Source of the DNA: Candidatus Poribacteria bacterium
GTDB taxonomy: Bacteria; Poribacteria; WGA-4E; WGA-3G
Length of the DNA: 64,000 bases
Direction: 5' to 3'
Assembly (NCBI GenBank): GCA_963665235.2
Contig: CAXXLX010000001.1
Coordinates: 2,624,001 to 2,688,000 of the forward strand
Within the stretch, counting starts at the first letter, position 1; the number at the start of each line of letters is the position of its first letter. A program made the position numbers and the translations under genes. The notes below the pieces were generated by a model. It saw nothing but the letters and a program-made list of their open reading frames with translations, was not told where the DNA came from and ran no database searches. Of the stretch, positions 59,613-64,000 are shown piece by piece.

Positions 59613-61031
59613 TTAACCGACTGAACCTTCCATCTGAAGTTGGATGAGCCGGTTCATTTCGACAGCATATTCCATCGGCAGCTCTTTGACCAACGGTTCA
59701 ATGAATCCGTTGACGATCATCGTGGAGGCTTCCTCTTCTGAAAGCCCACGGCTCATCAGGTAGAAAAGCTGCTCTTCACCGATTTTACTGACCCGCGCCT
59801 CATGCTCAATACTGGTGTCGTTCTCAGCGATTTCAATGACCGGATAGGTGTCCGAACGGGAATCTTTGTCCAGAATAAGGGCATCACAAACGACATGCGA
59901 CTTACACCCTTTCGCACCCTTGGCGACATCGACCCATCCACGGTAGCTGGAACGTCCGCCATCTTTGCTGATGGACTTGGACGTAATCTGTGACGTGGTG
60001 TGCGGTGCGCAATGGTAGACCTTCGCGCCAGCGTCTTGGTGTTGTCCCTTGCTTGCAAATGCGATGGAGAGAATATCCCCGCGCGCGCCCGGTTCCATCA
60101 TATAGACACTCGGGTATTTCATCGTTAACTTACTGCCGAGGTTGCCATCAACCCACTCCATTTGCGCATCTTCGTAAGCCAGTGCGCGCTTGGTGACGAG
60201 ATTATATACGTTGTTTGCCCAATTTTGGATAGTGGTATAGCGAACCCGTGAACCCTTCATGCAGATAATCTCAACGACAGCACTATGTAAGGATTCACTG
60301 CTGTAGGTTGGTGCCGTGCAGCCTTCAACGTAATGCACTTGCGACCCTTCGTCAGCGATGATGAGCGTGCGTTCGAACTGTCCCATGTTTTCGCTGTTGA
60401 TTCGGAAATATGCCTGCAACGGGTATTCAACCTTGACTCCGGGGGGTACATAGACGAAACTGCCGCCGCTCCAGGCCGCACTGTTCAGCGCAGCGAATTG
60501 GTTATCGGCAGAAGGTATAATCGTTCCGAAGTATTTTTTGACGAGGTCCGGATATTCCTTGACAGCCGTATCTGTATCCAGAAAAACGACCCCGATTTTA
60601 TCCAATTCTTCGACGATGTTATGGTACACCACCTCGGAATCGTATTGTGCGCCGACTCCTGCGAGGAATTTCCGTTCAGCTTCAGGGATACCGAGTCGGT
60701 CGAAGGTTTTCTTGATGTCCTCTGGTACATCGTCCCAGCTGCGTTCGCTTCGGTCGGAAGCCTTGACGTAGTAGTATATGTCATCAAAGTCGAGCTGTGA
60801 CAGGTCACCGCCCCATTTGGTCATGGGTTTCTGCTTAAAAATTTCGTAGGCGTTGAGCCTATATTGGCGCATCCACTCGGGTTCACCTTTGATGTCGGAC
60901 ATCTGATTGATGACCTCCTCGTCCAATCCTTTTCGGGATTTGAAGGTGGGTTTAACATCATCGTGGAACCCGTATTGATACTCCTTACTAATTCCGAGTT
61001 CGTCAAGTTGTTGCGTTTCGGGAGTTGCCAT
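59613..61031 (-). CDS. sufB: Fe-S cluster assembly protein SufB
   Basis: [30 protein letters not shown]. Confidence 0.97.
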   Translation of the reverse strand: MATPETQQLDELGISKEYQYGFHDDVKPTFKSRKGLDEEVINQMSDIKGEPEWMRQYRLNAYEIFKQKPMTKWGGDLSQLDFDDIYYYVKASDRSERSWDDVPEDIKKTFDRLGIPEAERKFLAGVGAQYDSEVVYHNIVEELDKIGVVFLDTDTAVKEYPDLVKKYFGTIIPSADNQFAALNSAAWSGGSFVYVPPGVKVEYPLQAYFRINSENMGQFERTLIIADEGSQVHYVEGCTAPTYSSESLHSAVVEIICMKGSRVRYTTIQNWANNVYNLVTKRALAYEDAQMEWVDGNLGSKLTMKYPSVYMMEPGARGDILSIAFASKGQHQDAGAKVYHCAPHTTSQITSKSISKDGGRSSYRGWVDVAKGAKGCKSHVVCDALILDKDSRSDTYPVIEIAENDTSIEHEARVSKIGEEQLFYLMSRGLSEEEASTMIVNGFIEPLVKELPMEYAVEMNRLIQLQMEGSVG

Positions 61032-61126
61032 TATGTTTTGTTCTCCTTTGTTGGTGTAATCGTGGATATCGAAACCCTCATCGGGTTTTTAAAATATCTC
61101 CGCGCATAGTTCAAAACGCGCCTGCT

Positions 61127-61915
61127 TTAAGCGGTTTCAGCGATGCCATGTTTTTCACGTATCGGCTCGTAGCCTTCTGACTCTAACATCTGTGTAAGTT
61201 CCCACCCGCCCGATTCGACAATCTGTCCATCAAGCAGTATATGTACAAACTGCGGACGTATATAGTCCAGCAATCTCGGGTAGTGTGTGATGATTAAGAC
61301 ACCGAGTTCAGGCCCGACCAAGCTGCTGACGCTTTCCCCGACGATACGGACCGCGTCAATATCGAGCCCGGAGTCGGTTTCATCAAGGATAGCGATTTTC
61401 GGTTCAAGCATTGCAAGTTGCAAGATTTCGGCGCGTTTCTTCTCACCGCCAGAAAAACCGTCGTTGAGATACCGCCTTGCGAACGAGTCATCTACACCGA
61501 GTCGTGCCATTTTTTCGCGTAGCTCTTTGCGAAACTCCCGCATCGGTATCAGTTCCGTGTTTTCGGACCCGTTCGTTTGTGCGGAACGGACAGCACTGAC
61601 AGCGATACGTAGAAAATTCGCTAAACTGACCCCCGGAATAGCGGTCGGATATTGAAAAGCAAGGAAAAGTCCTAGTTTCGCGCGTTCATTCGGATCCAAT
61701 TCCAGAATGTCAACGCCACTAAATATCACCTCACCTGAATCAACATCGTATAGGGGGTGTCCCATCAATCCGTTTGCAAGTGTACTTTTTCCTGAACCGT
61801 TTGGCCCCATGAGGGCATGAATCTCGCCCTGTTTGACAGTTAAATTTAATCCTTTGATAATCGGTTTGCCTTGCACGCTGATGTGAAGGTCTTTAATTAC
61901 CAAATCTTTGCTCAT
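61127..61915 (-). CDS. sufC: Fe-S cluster assembly ATPase SufC
   Basis: GPNGSGKS, FSGGEKKR, LDETDSGLD. Confidence 0.97.
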   Translation of the reverse strand: MSKDLVIKDLHISVQGKPIIKGLNLTVKQGEIHALMGPNGSGKSTLANGLMGHPLYDVDSGEVIFSGVDILELDPNERAKLGLFLAFQYPTAIPGVSLANFLRIAVSAVRSAQTNGSENTELIPMREFRKELREKMARLGVDDSFARRYLNDGFSGGEKKRAEILQLAMLEPKIAILDETDSGLDIDAVRIVGESVSSLVGPELGVLIITHYPRLLDYIRPQFVHILLDGQIVESGGWELTQMLESEGYEPIREKHGIAETA

Positions 61916-61972
61916 GTTTCGGTTCGGACTCCTTTAAATTAGATGTATATGTGTTGTGTGTATTGCCATTTT

Positions 61973-62968
61973 TTATCCGCCAATTCTTGACATATTCCGT
62001 TCCGGTTTTATAAAGTCGTTGGCATTAATCTTATGCCCCGCCTCTTTTTGTTCGATTGCATCGAGAATTAAGTCGACGATGGTGTCATCTTTTGCCCCCT
62101 CCCGTAGGGGTGTAAGCAGGTCGGTCTCGGTCAGTGAAAAGAGACAGGTCCGGAATTTGCCATCCGCTGTGAGGCGGACTCGGTTGCAATTTTCACAAAA
62201 CGGCTCGCTGACAGACGGTATTACGCCTACTTCGGCACCGTTATCCGCGAATCGGTAACGTTGCGCGGTATCGCTCTTAGCATCGCCGTTGAGGACTACT
62301 CGCTCAAGCGGGTAAACGGAGCTAATTTTTTCTATAATCTCTTTTCCGGGGATGAACATGTTTCGTCCCCAGATATCATCGGCATCGAGGGGCATGAATT
62401 CTATGAACCGCAATTGATAGCTATTTTCGCGCGCGAAAGTAGCTAAATCGACGATTTCATCGTCGGTAAACCCGCGCATGGCGACTGCGTTGACTTTAAT
62501 CGGGTTGAACCCACATTCGTGAGCAGTTTTAAGGCCTTCAAGGACACGGGCGAGGACTTTGCGCCGGGTCATCTGCTCAAATTTCTCCTCGTTGAGCGTG
62601 TCAAGACTGACATTAATGCGTCGCAGTCCAGCAGCGTAAAGTGCTTTCGCTTGCGAAACTAGGCCGATGCCGTTGGTTGTTAAACTAATGTCCTTCAACC
62701 CGTTTATTTGTGAAAGTTGCTCGATGAGTTGCGGCACGCCCGGCCGGACGAGCGGTTCGCCCCCGGTGATACGAAGTTTGCTAACGCCTAACCCGACGAA
62801 GATATGTGTGAACCGCAGAATCTCGTTGAACGTCATCAGTGCAGCATCCGGCATGAATACCATATCTTCAGGCATACAGTAGATACACCGAAAGTTACAC
62901 ACATCTGTGACAGATATTCTAAGGTTTGTATGGACACGGCCAAAACGGTCGAGTAGTTGTTGTTTCAT
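61973..62968 (-). CDS. moaA: GTP 3',8-cyclase MoaA
   Basis: CNFRCIYC, CENCNRVR, C-terminal GG. Confidence 0.97.
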   Translation of the reverse strand: MKQQLLDRFGRVHTNLRISVTDVCNFRCIYCMPEDMVFMPDAALMTFNEILRFTHIFVGLGVSKLRITGGEPLVRPGVPQLIEQLSQINGLKDISLTTNGIGLVSQAKALYAAGLRRINVSLDTLNEEKFEQMTRRKVLARVLEGLKTAHECGFNPIKVNAVAMRGFTDDEIVDLATFARENSYQLRFIEFMPLDADDIWGRNMFIPGKEIIEKISSVYPLERVVLNGDAKSDTAQRYRFADNGAEVGVIPSVSEPFCENCNRVRLTADGKFRTCLFSLTETDLLTPLREGAKDDTIVDLILDAIEQKEAGHKINANDFIKPERNMSRIGG

Positions 62969-63182
62969 ATTTTTTTAATTAATGGTGGTGCGGCTTATTT
63001 TTATCTGTTTTAGTCTGTTCAATTAATAGTATACCATATTTTTATCTCGTTTGCAAGTTTTTTATAGTAAAAGCTTTAAAAAAGATTTTGGGAGAGGATG
63101 TTTAGTGTAAATATCGTGGAAAAAGGTTTGCGCAAGGGTAGGTAATAGGAAACGCCAGCAGCGAAGATACGGACTGCTGGCA

Positions 63183-64000
63183 TCAATCCACTTGCTTGAT
63201 ATGCCCCCATTGGATAGCGAGCTTGTCCAACGGGAACACACTTAGAAAACCCGGAGACCAATGCGGATGGTAGTCCCCCTTCGGATGTTTCGTTAGGTTT
63301 GTTAGCTTACGACTATCCAGTCTATACCGATAGATTTCATAATTCGCGCCCGGCGTGCTAAGGTCAGCTTTCATAGATAAAAGGACTGTCCGGTCGTCAC
63401 CCATCCAACACTGTGTAGCGATGAGTGCGTCGTTCCCGAAATGGTGTTCCTCACGATGTCCTGTAAATACGTTCTGAACGATGAGACGCACAGCAATGAT
63501 ACTCCAATCCCCATTCCCCTTCCGTTCTGTTTCGCGATACATGATATACGTGCCTGATGGAGACCAGCTGGGGCCCCCTAAAAAGAAGTTGTGAGGTTTT
63601 CGGGGGCTGAACCGTTCTTTCCTTGTGCCATCCGCTTTCATAATCCAAATGTTTTCGCCATTCTTCCCCTCGTATTCATAAGCAAGCTGATTGCCTGATG
63701 GAGAGTAGTCCAGCCGGTGAACCCATCCTTTCCCAATATTGTCTGTCAGTTGGCGCAGGTTTGTGCCATCTAAGTCCATCACATAGATATCCGCCTCGCC
63801 GGAACGATAACTCTTAAAGGCAATCTGTTTGCCATTTGGCGACACAACAGGGTGGCTATCTGTCGGATGGGTGTTCGGCACCTGGTCTGCCTCCGGAGCC
63901 CCTTTGACAGAGAGAATATAAAACTCGGAATCTTTGCCGATAGCTGCTCCTTTTGTTAGGTCTCGCACAAACAGGACCTGTTTACCATCCGGAAACCAGC
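63183..64000 (-). CDS. TolB-like (PD40) beta-propeller protein (partial, start beyond window)
   Basis: SPNGKQ / WSPSG repeats; C-terminal W-K motif. Confidence 0.85.
   Translation of the reverse strand, partial: WFPDGKQVLFVRDLTKGAAIGKDSEFYILSVKGAPEADQVPNTHPTDSHPVVSPNGKQIAFKSYRSGEADIYVMDLDGTNLRQLTDNIGKGWVHRLDYSPSGNQLAYEYEGKNGENIWIMKADGTRKERFSPRKPHNFFLGGPSWSPSGTYIMYRETERKGNGDWSIIAVRLIVQNVFTGHREEHHFGNDALIATQCWMGDDRTVLLSMKADLSTPGANYEIYRYRLDSRKLTNLTKHPKGDYHPHWSPGFLSVFPLDKLAIQWGHIKQVD

Overview
64 kb of bacterial chromosome, about 50% GC. Gene content (PhyH dioxygenase, Gfo/Idh/MocA oxidoreductases, WD40 and TolB-like propellers, PorV-like protein) suggests Candidatus Poribacteria; this is inference. 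Housekeeping blocks: truD, NFACT, lnt-prfB (programmed +1 frameshift), lysS, lolC/E-lolD-ilvE-bamA-skp-skp'-lpxD-UbiA, and a moaA-sufCBD-grx...sufS-sufU-Rieske-sufT run interrupted by orphan toxin-antitoxin fragments. Most notable: (1) at least three tandem ABC-ATPase + TOPRIM-like DUF4276 pairs whose variation is concentrated across the gene junction; (2) a fixed-spacing C-terminal motif V-x-[PA]-x-[GD]-K-x-x-[VI]-x-W-[GA]-x-[LI]-K on three proteins of two unrelated folds, with a PorV-like gene in the window; (3) an inverted duplication of a sigma70 promoter plus a ~110-nt structured leader; (4) a start-less ~790-codon Cys-rich frame with a TSP1-like module; (5) many non-autonomous elements (MITE families with visible target duplications) carrying GTAG-type REP hairpins, including expanded tandem arrays and one array with CRISPR-like spacing. 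No rRNA, tRNA, cas, reverse transcriptase or transposase gene was seen. All family assignments are motif recognition by eye, not database searches.
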